The notes: a model not told the origin generated them from the letters alone. Counted from the first letter of the stretch, positions 48,742 through 59,325 are shown. The stretch: 64,000 bases of DNA from an uncultured Alphaproteobacteria bacterium (GCA_963710185.1 CAVPZE010000001.1:94831-158830), one strand, 5' to 3'. Translations and numbers: made by a program.

Positions 48742-51714
48742 ATGTGCGCCGATATGCCAGAAACTCACGATTATAAATCAACACTGAACCTGCCACGCAC
48801 GGATTTTCCTATGCGTGCGGGCCTGCCCAAGCGCGAGCCGGAATGGCTGGCGAAGTGGGAGAAGATCGGGGTGTATGATCGGTTGCGTGAGAAAGCCCTC
48901 GCCGGGACAGGCGAAAATGGAAAGTCTCGTGAGCCGTTCACGCTGCATGATGGACCACCCTATGCCAACGGGCATCTGCACATCGGGCATGCGTTGAACA
49001 AGACGATCAAGGACATGATTGTGCGGTCCCATCAGATGATGGGGTTTGATGCGCGCTATATTCCCGGTTGGGATTGTCACGGGTTGCCGATTGAATGGAA
49101 GATCGAAGAGCAGTACCGCAAGAAGGGTCGCGACAAGGATCAGGTGCCGATCAATGAATTTCGTGGCGAATGTCGCGAGTTTGCCCGCGGTTGGGTGGAT
49201 GTGCAGCGTGAGGAATTCAAGCGGTTGGGCATCACGGGCAATTGGGCTGATCCGTATCTGACGATGGATTTCCATGCAGAGCGGGTGATTGCCGAGGAAT
49301 TTATGAAATTCCTGATGAACGGGACTTTGTATCAGGGGTCAAAGCCGGTGATGTGGTCGCCGGTGGAGCAGACGGCGCTGGCTGAGGCTGAGGTGGAGTA
49401 TCACGACAAGGAGAGTTTCACGGTTTGGGTGAAGTTTAAGGTGGTGGGTGCTGCGGTTAGTGGATCGCTCACGCAACCCGGCGACTCAGACCTTTTGGGT
49501 GCAAGTGTCGTTATTTGGACGACTACGCCTTGGACGATGCCGTCAAATAAAGCTGTCGTGTATGGACGTGAAATTTCTTATGGGCTTTATGAGGTCACCA
49601 AAACGCCGGAAGAGTGTTGGGCGTCGGGTGGCGAAAAATTCTTGTTAGCTGACAATCTAGCAGCAGATGTTTTCACACGTGCGCGTTTGGAAGACGACAT
49701 GTGGACGAGGTTGAGGGATGTTTCGGAGCACGAACTCTCAATGATTGATTTGAAGCATCCTTTGTCAGGCGCAGATGGATCAGACGGTGAATGGGACGAC
49801 CTGCGTGATTTCCGCGCGGCTGACTTCGTCACTGACACCGAAGGCACCGGATTTGTCCACTGCGCGCCTTCCCACGGCCTTGAGGAATACGAACTCTACC
49901 GCGATCTGGGCATGCTCGAACAGGTGATCACCTATAACGTGAACCCCGATGGGCGCTTCCGTGATGACCTGCCGTTCTTTGGCGGCAAGGCAATCCTCAA
50001 GCCGAATGGCAAAGAGGGCAACGCCAACACGGCCGTAATCGACAAGCTGATCGAGGTTGGCGGATTGCTGGCGCGGGGCAAGATCAAGCACAGCTATCCG
50101 CATTCTTGGCGCTCCAAAGCGCCCGTGATCTACCGCAACACGCCGCAGTGGTTTGCGGCGATTGACAAGGTCGTGGGTGATGGGCTGGATATGCATGGCA
50201 AAACCATCCGAGAACGGGCGTTGACAGAGATCGACAATGTGAACTGGGTGCCGAAATCTGGGCGCAACCGTCTTTATTCGATGATGGAGGCGCGGCCCGA
50301 TTGGGTGTTGTCGCGTCAACGGGCGTGGGGCGTGCCGCTGACGTGCTTTACGCGTAAGGGCGTGCTGCCGACGGATGAGGGTTTCCTGCTGCGCAACGCG
50401 CAAGTGAACCAACGGATTGTGGATGCGTTTGAGGCAGATGGTGCGGATGTTTGGTATGCAGAGGGCGCGAAAGAGCGGTTCCTGTCCGGTATCGTGAACC
50501 CGGATGAGTATGACCAAGTCACCGACATTCTGGATGTGTGGTTCGACAGTGGCTCGACCCACGCCTTTACTCTGCGTGACCGTGCGGATGGATCCGAGGA
50601 TGGCATCGCGGATGTCTATATGGAAGGCACCGACCAGCATCGCGGGTGGTTTCATTCCTCGCTTTTGCAATCGGTTGGCACCACGGGGCATGCGCCGTAC
50701 CGCAATGTCGTAACGCATGGTTTCACGCTGGATGCCAAGGGCATGAAGATGTCCAAAAGTATCGGCAATACCATCGTGCCGCAAAAGATTGTCGACCAAT
50801 ACGGCGCGGATATTCTGCGGCTTTGGGTGGCGCAGACGGATTATACGGCGGACCAGCGGATCGGCGATGAGATCCTGAAAGGTGTCGCTGACAGCTATCG
50901 TCGGTTGCGCAATACCATGCGCTATATGCTGGGGTCTTTGCCCGATTTTGATGAGTCCAAGGCGGTCGCGGTCGAGGATATGCCGGAGCTGGAGCGGTTG
51001 ATGATGCACAAGCTGACCGTGTTGGACGGCGTTGTGCGAACGGGCTATGTCAAGTTCGATTTTCAGGGTGTGTTCCGCGCAATCTTCGATTTTTCCACTC
51101 TGGATCTTTCGTCGTTCTATTTCGATATCCGCAAGGATGTGCTGTATTGTGACGGCGATACGCCGCGCCGTTTGGCGGCTTTGACGGTTCTGGATCATCT
51201 CTATGCGCGCTTGACCACATGGCTGGCACCGATCCTGCCGTTTACGATGGAGGAAGTCTGGCTGGAGCGGCATGGCGCCGACACTTCGGTGCATCTGGTG
51301 GATTTCCCGCAGACGCCCGCAAGCTGGCGCGATGATGCGCTGGCTGTGCGGTCCGAGACGGTGCGCGCGGTACGCCGTATTGTCACGGGTGCGTTGGAAG
51401 AACAGCGCACAGCCAAGGTCATCGGCTCGTCATTGGAGGCGGCGCCGACAGTGTATTTGTCGCCGGAACTGGCCGCGATCATTACCAATCCCGAAACCTT
51501 TGCGGACCTGTGTATCACCAGCCAAATCACGATTGTTGAGGGTGTCGCCCCCGAGGGTGCTTTCAAGCACAGCGATGTGGCGGGTGTTGGCGTAGTGTTT
51601 GCCAAGGCCGAGGGCGCGAAATGCGCGCGGTGTTGGAAGGTGCTGCCCGATGTGGGCACCCATGCGCATGACGACGTGTGCGGGCGGTGCGATGCGGCGG
51701 TGGGTGAGGTTTAG
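48742..51714 (+). CDS. ileS: Isoleucine--tRNA ligase
   Basis: Start at ATG 48742 (SD aagga). HIGH (PYANGHLHIGHA) and KMSKS motifs, plus a C-terminal Zn-finger CARCW…CGRC. Confidence 0.96.
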   Translation: MCADMPETHDYKSTLNLPRTDFPMRAGLPKREPEWLAKWEKIGVYDRLREKALAGTGENGKSREPFTLHDGPPYANGHLHIGHALNKTIKDMIVRSHQMMGFDARYIPGWDCHGLPIEWKIEEQYRKKGRDKDQVPINEFRGECREFARGWVDVQREEFKRLGITGNWADPYLTMDFHAERVIAEEFMKFLMNGTLYQGSKPVMWSPVEQTALAEAEVEYHDKESFTVWVKFKVVGAAVSGSLTQPGDSDLLGASVVIWTTTPWTMPSNKAVVYGREISYGLYEVTKTPEECWASGGEKFLLADNLAADVFTRARLEDDMWTRLRDVSEHELSMIDLKHPLSGADGSDGEWDDLRDFRAADFVTDTEGTGFVHCAPSHGLEEYELYRDLGMLEQVITYNVNPDGRFRDDLPFFGGKAILKPNGKEGNANTAVIDKLIEVGGLLARGKIKHSYPHSWRSKAPVIYRNTPQWFAAIDKVVGDGLDMHGKTIRERALTEIDNVNWVPKSGRNRLYSMMEARPDWVLSRQRAWGVPLTCFTRKGVLPTDEGFLLRNAQVNQRIVDAFEADGADVWYAEGAKERFLSGIVNPDEYDQVTDILDVWFDSGSTHAFTLRDRADGSEDGIADVYMEGTDQHRGWFHSSLLQSVGTTGHAPYRNVVTHGFTLDAKGMKMSKSIGNTIVPQKIVDQYGADILRLWVAQTDYTADQRIGDEILKGVADSYRRLRNTMRYMLGSLPDFDESKAVAVEDMPELERLMMHKLTVLDGVVRTGYVKFDFQGVFRAIFDFSTLDLSSFYFDIRKDVLYCDGDTPRRLAALTVLDHLYARLTTWLAPILPFTMEEVWLERHGADTSVHLVDFPQTPASWRDDALAVRSETVRAVRRIVTGALEEQRTAKVIGSSLEAAPTVYLSPELAAIITNPETFADLCITSQITIVEGVAPEGAFKHSDVAGVGVVFAKAEGAKCARCWKVLPDVGTHAHDDVCGRCDAAVGEV

Positions 51715-51770
51715 GTCGGGGTGATCCCCGACCTGCCAACATACCGTAGGGCGGGTTTGAATCCGCCTCC
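51713..51770. repeat. Two GC-rich hairpins after the ileS stop (second REP-like class)
   Basis: aggtcgggg-tgat-ccccgacct (51713-51734), followed by gtagggcgggtttgaatccgcctc. Neither has a U-tract. Confidence 0.5.
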
Positions 51771-51818
51771 CGCAGCTTTGGGATTGAGTGGGGGCATCGC
51801 AACGTGCAAGATGCCCCC

Positions 51819-52274
51819 ATGAAATACCGCACCGTTCCCACACAATTTGGTGATCTGACCCTGACCGAACAGGATGGGGCAATCACGGATTTGAAGTGGA
51901 CTCGTGTGGTGCAACAAGATGCGTCCGACCTGCTGGACGAGGCCGCCGCACAACTGGCGGCTTATGCGGCAGGCACGCGCGAGAAATTTAACCTGCCCTT
52001 GCGCGTCAAAGGCACGGACTTTCAACGAAACGTTTGTGCCGCAATGTCCGCCATTCCGTTCGGCTACACCCTGACCTATGGTGAAATTGCCAAGCAATTG
52101 GATGTGCCAGCCCAAGCGGTGGGAGGGGCCTGTGGCGGCAATCCGATTCCGATCATCATCCCGTGCCACCGCGTTATGGGGGCCAAGGGGCTGACAGGAT
52201 TTTCAGGGGCAGGTGGGGTCGAGACCAAGGTGGCATTGCTGCGGCACGAGGGTGCGGCGGGCCTGCTGATCTAG
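51819..52274 (+). CDS. ogt: Methylated-DNA--protein-cysteine methyltransferase
   Basis: Active site IPCHRV. An alternative GTG start lies at 51804. Confidence 0.85.
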   Translation: MKYRTVPTQFGDLTLTEQDGAITDLKWTRVVQQDASDLLDEAAAQLAAYAAGTREKFNLPLRVKGTDFQRNVCAAMSAIPFGYTLTYGEIAKQLDVPAQAVGGACGGNPIPIIIPCHRVMGAKGLTGFSGAGGVETKVALLRHEGAAGLLI

Positions 52275-52969
52275 AGGTCGCGGCCGTCATACAGGATTTG
52301 CTGCACCAATCCGGCGAACAGCAGATAGACGGACGTTACAACCAAGCCCCAGGCCGCCCAGCTTTCGGGATGGAAATTCACCCAAGCCGCCCAGCCTGCA
52401 AAGAACGTCCATGCCAGCGCCATTGGTAAGGTTACAAAGCGCCAGCGCATCGTGCGCACGGGGTGTACGAATTTTATCGGCACGAACATGGTGATGGCGA
52501 GGAAAGTCACCAGCACAAGGCTGACATACCACGGGATGCCAAGCGCAAAGATCACCAGCACCAGCATGTTCCAGCAGCCAGGAAAGCCAGAGAACGAATT
52601 ATCCTTTGTTTTCATGCGGGTGTCGGCGAAATAGAGCGCGGAAGTAAAGGTGATGATGATGATCATCGCCCATCCGCTCCACCCGTCCATCAGGCCTGAT
52701 TTGAACAGGGCGAAGGCCGGTATGAACACGTATGTCAGGTAGTCGATGATCAGATCAAGCAGCACGCCGTCAAATTCCGGCGCGTTGGTTTTGACATCGT
52801 ATTTACGCGCGAGGGGGCCATCGATGCCATCCACAAAGAAGGCGACGACCAGCCAGAGAAACATCAAATCCCATTCGCCCTCCACTGCCGCGAGCATAGC
52901 CAACATGGCAAACACGGCACCCGTGGCGGTGAAGAGGTGAACAAACAGGGCGCGCATTTGAATAGTCAT
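52271..52969 (-). CDS. pcs: Phosphatidylcholine synthase (CDP-alcohol phosphatidyltransferase family)
   Basis: Start at ATG 52969. HLFTATGAVFAMLAML…FFVDGIDGPLARKY matches the Pcs-type D-G-x2-A-R motif. Confidence 0.85.
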   Translation of the reverse strand: MTIQMRALFVHLFTATGAVFAMLAMLAAVEGEWDLMFLWLVVAFFVDGIDGPLARKYDVKTNAPEFDGVLLDLIIDYLTYVFIPAFALFKSGLMDGWSGWAMIIIITFTSALYFADTRMKTKDNSFSGFPGCWNMLVLVIFALGIPWYVSLVLVTFLAITMFVPIKFVHPVRTMRWRFVTLPMALAWTFFAGWAAWVNFHPESWAAWGLVVTSVYLLFAGLVQQILYDGRDL

Positions 52970-53404
52970 AGGCGTAGCTTTGCCAAATAAGGGCAGGGGA
53001 TGCAAAAGGAAATCCGGCGCTTTGACATATCCGTGACAGGTCTGGGACAGAAACGATACTTTCCAACACATTGTTCCTATTGCAATGTGACGTATGATCA
53101 GGTTGCTTTTCCATCTTTTTCTCATCCTTACCCTGACGGTGATCACACAGACAGGCGGGCTGGCTTGGGGGTTTGCGTTGCTGTTCCGCGCGCCGTATTT
53201 TGGCCGCGTCCCGATTTCTTGCCTGTCCACCGCGGCATCAAACAGATAACGCGTCGAAACGCCCGTGTTCGTACCTCCCATGGCTTGACGGCCCAGCCGA
53301 TTCCAATTAAAGCCTGCGAACCAATTTCAGGGTTGCCCGTGTGCGGCCCCCCTAAAGTGTTGTGCCGGATCGCTGGCAGGATGCAAAACCAAAAGGATAA
53401 ACCC

Positions 53405-53704
53405 ATGTCACGCGTTTGCGAATTGACCGGAAAAGGCCCCATGTCGGGCAACAACGTAAGCCATGCGAACAACAAGACGCGTCGCCGTTTCCTGCCGAAC
53501 CTGAATGACACCACTTTGCAGTCCGAATCGCTGGGCCGTGGTTTCAAACTGCGGATTTCAGCAGCCGCTTTGCGCAGTGTTGATCACCGTGGCGGTCTCG
53601 ATGCATTTCTTGCCAAGGAAAAAGACGTGAACTTGTCGCCGAACGCGCTCAAGATCAAAAAAGCGATTGCGAAATCAAGCGCAACAGCCGACGCGTTGAG
53701 CTAA
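53405..53704 (+). CDS. rpmB: 50S ribosomal protein L28
   Basis: [33 protein letters not shown]. Confidence 0.95.
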   Translation: MSRVCELTGKGPMSGNNVSHANNKTRRRFLPNLNDTTLQSESLGRGFKLRISAAALRSVDHRGGLDAFLAKEKDVNLSPNALKIKKAIAKSSATADALS

Positions 53705-53730
53705 TCCTGCTTTCAGCTTTGTAGAGTTTA

Positions 53731-53772
53731 ACCACAACCCCGGCCCGCAACGGCCGGGGTTGTGGTGTTTTT
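53731..53772 (+). terminator. Rho-independent terminator of rpmB
   Basis: 15-bp stem accacaaccccggcc / ggccggggttgtggt with a 6-nt loop, followed by gttttt. Confidence 0.85.
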
Positions 53773-53887
53773 ACGCCTCGCCCTGCGGCGTGCTGTTTGC
53801 CAACGCTTGCACATGGTCATGCGCCGTATCTTGTTTGTCCTGTTGGTTACTATATTTCCCAGTTCAGACACGCACAGGATAAAACCA

Positions 53888-54358
53888 ATGACATCTATAC
53901 GCTTAGTCGGCACAGCCCTTGCAGCGACCTTTCTTGCAACCAGCGTCTTTGCGGGCGAGATCATGATTGACGATCCCTATGTGCGGACCTCGACGCCCAC
54001 CTCGAAAACCGGCGCGGCGTTCATGACGGTGATGAACCACGGTGACATCGACGACCGCCTGATCGCGGCCTCGTCCAATATTGCGGGGCGGGTCGAGTTG
54101 CACAGCCACACCGAGGACGCCAACAGTGTGATGAAAATGGGCGAGATCGAGGGCGGTATCGCGATTGCTGCGGGCGAAATGCACGTTCTCGAACGTGGCG
54201 GCGATCATATGATGTTCATGGGCCTGACAGAGCCGCTTGAGCAGGGGTCAGAAATCACCGTCACGCTGACATTCGAGAAAGCAGGCGATATTGTTGTGCA
54301 GATCCCCGTCGATAACGCGCGCAAGGCGGATCACGGCGCGATGACGCAGTCAAACTAG
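53888..54358 (+). CDS. Periplasmic copper chaperone PCu(A)C
   Basis: Signal peptide, then the H(M)x10Mx21HxM-type motif: AAFMTVMNHG…VELHSH…MKM…HMMFMGL. Confidence 0.85.
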   Translation: MTSIRLVGTALAATFLATSVFAGEIMIDDPYVRTSTPTSKTGAAFMTVMNHGDIDDRLIAASSNIAGRVELHSHTEDANSVMKMGEIEGGIAIAAGEMHVLERGGDHMMFMGLTEPLEQGSEITVTLTFEKAGDIVVQIPVDNARKADHGAMTQSN

Positions 54359-55089
54359 AAAGGCAGGCTGGGCCGCGTGCCCACCTTACCGGTTAGAACT
54401 TCCTCTACCCATGCGGTGACGGTTTGCGATGCGGGGCCTGTACGGTGCTCGGCAAACTGGTTTCCCACGGACGAGCGTTCGAGATTGAACTCTATGGTTT
54501 GCGCGCCCGCGCGCCGCGCTTCGGCGACAAAACCAGCCGCCGGATAAACATTGCCGGATGTGCCGATGGCGGCAAAAATGCCGGCGCTGGCGAGATGATC
54601 GAACAGCGCATCCATGTCGTACGGCATTTCGCCAAACCAGACGATATCGGGGCGCGCGGCAGGGGCTGCGCATTTGGGGCAGGCATCGCGCGGGGCCATC
54701 ACCATTGGCGCAGGCCAGCGATGGTCGCACGTTGCACATAGTGCGCCTTTGAGGTGCCCGTGCATGTGCATCACGGTTTTTGACCCACCACGTTCATGCA
54801 GGTCATCGACGTTTTGCGTAATCACGATCACCTCGCCGCCGTGCTCTGCCTCCAGCCGCGCCAGTGCTTTGTGGGCGGCGTTTGGATCTACGCTCGCCGC
54901 CTGCGCACGGCGGGCATTGTAGAAATCCACCACCAGCTTGGGGTCACGCGCGAACCCCTCGGGCGTTGCCACATCTTCGACGCGGTGTTGCGCCCACAAC
55001 CCGTCCTCGGCGCGAAAGGTTTCCAGCCCGCTTTCGGCGGAAATGCCGGCACCGGTGAGGATCACAATTTTGCGGGTATCAGTGGCCAT
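54355..55089 (-). CDS. cobB: NAD-dependent protein deacylase (Sir2 family)
   Basis: ILTGAGISAESGLETFR, QNVDDLHERGG, Zn ribbon CATC…CPKC. Confidence 0.9.
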   Translation of the reverse strand: MATDTRKIVILTGAGISAESGLETFRAEDGLWAQHRVEDVATPEGFARDPKLVVDFYNARRAQAASVDPNAAHKALARLEAEHGGEVIVITQNVDDLHERGGSKTVMHMHGHLKGALCATCDHRWPAPMVMAPRDACPKCAAPAARPDIVWFGEMPYDMDALFDHLASAGIFAAIGTSGNVYPAAGFVAEARRAGAQTIEFNLERSSVGNQFAEHRTGPASQTVTAWVEEVLTGKVGTRPSLPF

Positions 55090-55183
55090 CGGCTTTTTCC
55101 TTTGCGGATTTGAGATGCGGCATCGCCTTGCAGCGCGGTGTAATCAGGCGCAGAATATGGGTGATGCTGACCGGAGTTTACAG

Positions 55184-56059
55184 ATGAAAATTGCCACCGC
55201 TGCCTATCCGCTTGATGTTTTGTCGTCTTGGGCGGCGTATGAGGATAAACTTGCGCGCTGGGTCGGGGATGCCGCGCAGAACGGTGCGGATTTGCTGGTG
55301 TTTCCCGAATACGGCGCAATGGAACTGGCAACATTGGCAGGACTTGAGGTGGCGGGTGATATGGAGGCGTCGTTGCACGCGGTGTCAGAGCGTTTGGAGG
55401 ATGCCGATAAAGTGCATGTCAAACTGGCGGCTGAGTACCGCGTGCATATTGTTGCGGCGTCCGGTCCGGCAGACACAGATACGCGGCCCGTGAACCGCGC
55501 GCGTCTGATCACGCCTGCGGGGCAGATCGGGGTGCAGGACAAACAGATCATGACACGGTTTGAAGCCGAGGTCTGGGATGTGATTGGCGGCAACAACTTG
55601 CAGGTGTTCGATACGACGCTGGGCAAGATCGGTATTCTTATTTGCTATGACAGCGAATTTCCCTTGCTGGGCCGTGCTTTGACGGAATGTGATGTGATTG
55701 CCGTGCCCTCCGTGACGGAGGCGCTGGCAGGTTACTGGCGGGTGCGCATCGGGTCGATGGCGCGGGCACTTGAAAACCAGTGCATTACGGCGATGTCGTC
55801 GGTTGTGGGCGATGCCGCGTGGTCAGAGGCGCTGGGCACATCGTTCGGGGCAGGCGGCGTATTTTGCCCGCCTGATATCGGTTTTCCGGCAACGGGTGTT
55901 GTGGCTGTGGGTGAATTGAATGTCCCCGGCTGGACCTATGCCGACGTTGATCTGGCACAGGTGGCACATGTCCGCGCTGACGGCGTTGTGTTGAACCGTA
56001 AACACTGGACACAGCAACACGGGCGCGACACTGCTGCGATAAACGTCCGCCTGCGCTGA
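55184..56059 (+). CDS. Carbon-nitrogen hydrolase family protein
   Basis: Start at ATG 55184. Catalytic E-K-C pattern (LLVFPEYG…, GILICYDSEFP). Confidence 0.85.
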   Translation: MKIATAAYPLDVLSSWAAYEDKLARWVGDAAQNGADLLVFPEYGAMELATLAGLEVAGDMEASLHAVSERLEDADKVHVKLAAEYRVHIVAASGPADTDTRPVNRARLITPAGQIGVQDKQIMTRFEAEVWDVIGGNNLQVFDTTLGKIGILICYDSEFPLLGRALTECDVIAVPSVTEALAGYWRVRIGSMARALENQCITAMSSVVGDAAWSEALGTSFGAGGVFCPPDIGFPATGVVAVGELNVPGWTYADVDLAQVAHVRADGVVLNRKHWTQQHGRDTAAINVRLR

Positions 56060-56188
56060 ATCCCCCTTGAAAAAGGAAACATTTGCGCCCATTTAAGCCT
56101 GCGCCTTCAATTTGGAGGTTTTTATTCTGTTTCCTAACGGGAACGACATCTGTTTCGCCCTTTGGGGGAACGTAACTAAGGAGACAAC

Positions 56189-56407
56189 ATGGCCAAGGAA
56201 GAATTGCTCGAATTCCCCGGTGTCGTAAGAGAACTCTTGCCGAATGCGACGTTTCGGGTCGAGCTTGAAAACGGCCATGAGATCATCGCGCACACGGCAG
56301 GCAAGATGCGCAAGAACCGCATCCGTGTTCTTGCAGGTGATAAAGTTCAGGTGGAAATGACACCGTATGATCTGACCAAGGGTCGGATTAACTACCGGTT
56401 CAAATAA
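56189..56407 (+). CDS. infA: Translation initiation factor IF-1
   Basis: [52 protein letters not shown]. Confidence 0.96.
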   Translation: MAKEELLEFPGVVRELLPNATFRVELENGHEIIAHTAGKMRKNRIRVLAGDKVQVEMTPYDLTKGRINYRFK

Positions 56408-56411
56408 ACCA

Positions 56412-56987
56412 TTGTTTATTCTGGGGTCAGGCTCACCGCGCCGCAAGGAATTGCTGGCGCAAATTGGCGTTGTGCCGGATGCGGTCTGCGCGCCTGACAT
56501 AGATGAGACGGCTTTGAAGGCCGAGTTGCCACGCCCCTATTGTGCCCGCATGGCACGTGAAAAGGTGGCGGCCGTTGAGGCGGATGCAGATGACATTGTC
56601 TTGTGTGCTGATACCACAGTGGCGCTTGGGCGGCGCATTCTGGGCAAGCCTGCGGATGTCACCGAGGCCGAAGCGTTTTTGCGGCTGATGTCGGGGCGTC
56701 GGCACAAGGTGATCACTGCCGTTGCTGTCAAACGCGGTGACAGGATCTGGCAGCGCGATGTACAAAGCACGGTCAAGATGAAAGTCCTGTCGGATGCGGA
56801 GTTGCGCGCCTACCTCGCAACGGGCGACTGGCAGGGCAAGGCGGGCGGCTATGGCATCCAAGGCCCTGCCGGCAAGTTGATTCCCTGGATTTCCGGTTCA
56901 TTTACCGGCATCGTCGGACTGCCACTGGCAGAGACTGCAAACCTGCTGCGCGCCGCAGGATACCCCATAGACGGAGGTGAGCCATGA
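56412..56987 (+). CDS. maf: Maf-family nucleoside-triphosphate pyrophosphatase
   Basis: TTG start. [13 protein letters not shown]…[10 protein letters not shown]. Confidence 0.9.
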   Translation: MFILGSGSPRRKELLAQIGVVPDAVCAPDIDETALKAELPRPYCARMAREKVAAVEADADDIVLCADTTVALGRRILGKPADVTEAEAFLRLMSGRRHKVITAVAVKRGDRIWQRDVQSTVKMKVLSDAELRAYLATGDWQGKAGGYGIQGPAGKLIPWISGSFTGIVGLPLAETANLLRAAGYPIDGGEP

Positions 56988-58006
56988 AAGGCCGCACAAT
57001 CATTCTGGGCCATCTGGGCGAGGTCGAGGCCGCTGCATTGATGGTGGACGGCAAGCTGGACGACCTGCTGGTCGACAGCGATGCGCCGAACCCCGGCACA
57101 ATCTACCGTGCGATTGCGGACCGGCCCGTCAAAGGGCAGGGGGGGATGTTCCTGAAAACGCCAGACGGGTCCGCGTTTTTGCGCCAGATCAAAGGTTTGG
57201 CACCCGGTCAGGCGATTTTGGTACAGGTGTCCGGCTTTGCCGAACCCGGCAAGGCTATTCCGGTTGTATCCAAGGTCTTGTTCAAAAGCCGCTATGCGAT
57301 TGTGACGCCGGATGCGCCGGGTCTGAACATTTCACGCAGCATCAAGGACGAAGGTGAGCGCGACCGCCTGCTCGAGATTGCCCATGATGTCGCGGGCGAG
57401 GCGGGTCACGGCCTGATCCTACGCTCGTCCTGTGCCGGTGCGGACGCCGATGCAATTTCCGATGATATTGAAGCGATGCTGACGCTCGCAGATACGGTGA
57501 TGCAAGACGACGGGTCAGAAATGGACGTGCTTGTCGAAGGTGACGGCCCGCATTTGCTGGCATGGCGCGACTGGACCGATCCGGCAGAAGTGATCACCGA
57601 CAATGATGGCTTTGAAACGCACGGAGTTCTGGACGCTTTGGAAGCCGCAAAAGGCATTCAGGTGGGTCTTGGCGGTGCTGCTTCGATGTTTATTGAGGCC
57701 ACCCGTGCGCTGATCGCCGTCGATGTGAATACCGGAAGCGATGCCTCGCTTGCGGCGGGGATCAAAGCCAACATGGCCTGCGCGCGCATGTTGCCGCGCG
57801 CCTTGCGGGTGCGCGGATTGGGTGGCCAGATCACCCTTGATCTGGCCCCGATGCCCAAAAAAGACCGCCGCGCGTTTGAAACAGCATTGCGCCAAGCCTT
57901 TCGCGGCGATGACGTTGAGACAACGCTGGTCGGCTGGACCCCTCTGGGTCATTTCGAGCTGCAACGCAAACGGGCGCGTGTGGCACTCGCCGAGGTGCTG
58001 AAATGA
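56984..58006 (+). CDS. Ribonuclease E/G family protein (short form)
   Basis: 340 aa: [20 protein letters not shown]… and IAVDVNTG…[14 protein letters not shown] catalytic core. ATGA overlap with maf. Confidence 0.8.
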   Translation: MKGRTIILGHLGEVEAAALMVDGKLDDLLVDSDAPNPGTIYRAIADRPVKGQGGMFLKTPDGSAFLRQIKGLAPGQAILVQVSGFAEPGKAIPVVSKVLFKSRYAIVTPDAPGLNISRSIKDEGERDRLLEIAHDVAGEAGHGLILRSSCAGADADAISDDIEAMLTLADTVMQDDGSEMDVLVEGDGPHLLAWRDWTDPAEVITDNDGFETHGVLDALEAAKGIQVGLGGAASMFIEATRALIAVDVNTGSDASLAAGIKANMACARMLPRALRVRGLGGQITLDLAPMPKKDRRAFETALRQAFRGDDVETTLVGWTPLGHFELQRKRARVALAEVLK

Positions 58007-58188
58007 GCTGTCCGATCTGCGGGGCCGAGGTCATTGCCAAGTTTCGACCGTTCTGTTCAGGTCGCTGTGCCGATCTTGATCTGGCGAAATGGTTCAACGG
58101 CACATACGCCGCCCCGTCGCGCGATCCCGATGATATCGAAGCCGCAGTTGAAGCCGCTCAGGCCGCGCAAAACGATGTCGATAAGTAG
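58003..58188 (+). CDS. yacG: DNA gyrase inhibitor YacG (zinc finger)
   Basis: CPICG…FRPFCSGRCADLDLAKW. Confidence 0.85.
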   Translation: MSCPICGAEVIAKFRPFCSGRCADLDLAKWFNGTYAAPSRDPDDIEAAVEAAQAAQNDVDK

Positions 58189-58298
58189 CATTAATGCATG
58201 CTTAACATTTCGCGTGGATCAGGCCCAAAAAGGCACTGGACAGCCCCAGCCTGACACCCTAAGACGCAGGCACCCTACCATTGATGTGGTAAACCCGT

Positions 58299-58373
58299 GC
58301 CTGGGTAGCTCAGGGGTAGAGCAGTGGATTGAAAATCCTCGTGTCGGTGGTTCGATTCCGCCCCCGGGCACCA
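58299..58373 (+). tRNA. tRNA-Phe (GAA)
   Basis: Acceptor gcctggg/cccgggc (one G-U pair), D arm gctcaggggtagagc, anticodon stem-loop gtggattGAAaatcc(t)c, T arm ggtggttcgattccgcc, and encoded CCA. Confidence 0.9.
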
Positions 58374-58515
58374 TTTAAAGTTCCTTTGTATCCAGTATGT
58401 TGCTTCGTCTGCCGCAAGAGGAATTTACCTTCGGTTTTCAGTGTTTTTGGCTCCGTGGGACACTGGTGGGACAGAGCACTTCGGCTAGAACCAACTATTT
58501 CATGTTTCTACTAGG

Positions 58516-58815
58516 CTAAATCGGCTGTTCGAGCCCGACTTTCTCCGTGTCTATCATGTCAAACTGTTTCGTCCAATCCGCTTGCCGCCGTTCGACCGCC
58601 TCGATGTAGGCGTTCAACTCCGGGACGATGAAGCGCGTGCTACAATTTTCATTGAATGGATTGCCAAATTTATGCTTGCGCGGAAACCTTGGGTTTTCGC
58701 GGTGCCACCGGTGAATGGTTGCTCGGGAAACCTCGAAGAGCCGCATAAGATCGCTGATGGAGCAGTAGCGGCGGTGCGCGAGCCATTTTGGAAGGGAGGC
58801 GTTCGTGTCTGACAT
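58516..58815 (-). CDS. AlpA-family phage/island regulatory protein (excisionase-like HTH)
   Basis: Start at ATG 58815. YCSISDLMRLFEVSRATIHRWHRENPRFPRKHKFG is the AlpA/MerR-type HTH pattern. It is the first gene after tRNA-Phe. Confidence 0.72.
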   Translation of the reverse strand: MSDTNASLPKWLAHRRYCSISDLMRLFEVSRATIHRWHRENPRFPRKHKFGNPFNENCSTRFIVPELNAYIEAVERRQADWTKQFDMIDTEKVGLEQPI

Positions 58816-59218
58816 GGGTCTATCCTTTGGTTGTTTCTTGTTCCGCGCCGCCTCTCTTTCTAGATCAGGCAAATTTCTTGGTCCGGGACACAGCAGCACT
58901 CCATTATTGTAGGGGAGTAACTTCTCAGGATCACCCAATGCATAGGTGAATTAGGGGCGATCACATGCGAATTCTGTGGACGGGAGGTCGAAATGTGGGC
59001 CCTGAACCCCTTATGACGTCGGTTGGTATCGGTCTTGGACGCATGGCAACGTCTCGCTTTCAAAAATCCGGATTTTTTCTCTCGGTCCCTGCAATTTTGC
59101 CAAGGGGCGGCTCCTTTGTGTGGCTATGATGATCGTCTTGCAGCCCGGCCTGTTGGGGCGGCCTGTTCGTGCGTCACCTGCGGTGTCGCGTCTGGTGGCG
59201 CAGGTGCGCAGGATAGAG

Positions 59219-59249
59219 GCGGGGGCCGACGCCCCCGCTGCTTCTTTTA
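59219..59249 (+). terminator. Intrinsic-terminator-like hairpin with no assigned plus-strand gene
   Basis: gcgggggc-cgac-gcccccgc followed by tgcttctttta. The orientation (U-rich tail) fits the plus strand only. Confidence 0.4.
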
Positions 59250-59325
59250 TGGTCTTTATGGTGTGTAGTGGTGGGGTGTGTTCTTTCTGGAGAGGGCAGG
59301 AAGGTGGTGGCAGTGGTATGCTGTA

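Noticed and set aside
49780-51294. Long antisense ORFs opposite well-supported genes: 504 aa opposite ileS, 476 aa at 41131-42561 opposite PiT, 372 aa at 45528-46646 opposite ycjX, 346 aa at 34563-35603 opposite BKACE, 332 aa at 31288-32286 opposite argD, and 289 aa at 60394-61263 opposite the FtsH-like gene.
   Set aside because: These are typical high-GC shadow frames. They are Arg/His/Gln/Pro-rich and low-complexity, carry no recognisable motifs, and are fully nested opposite genes with strong family signatures.
58374-58515. An integrase gene or att direct repeat right after tRNA-Phe
   Set aside because: No ORF of integrase size or motif exists between the tRNA and alpA, and I found no second copy of the tRNA 3' end within the window.
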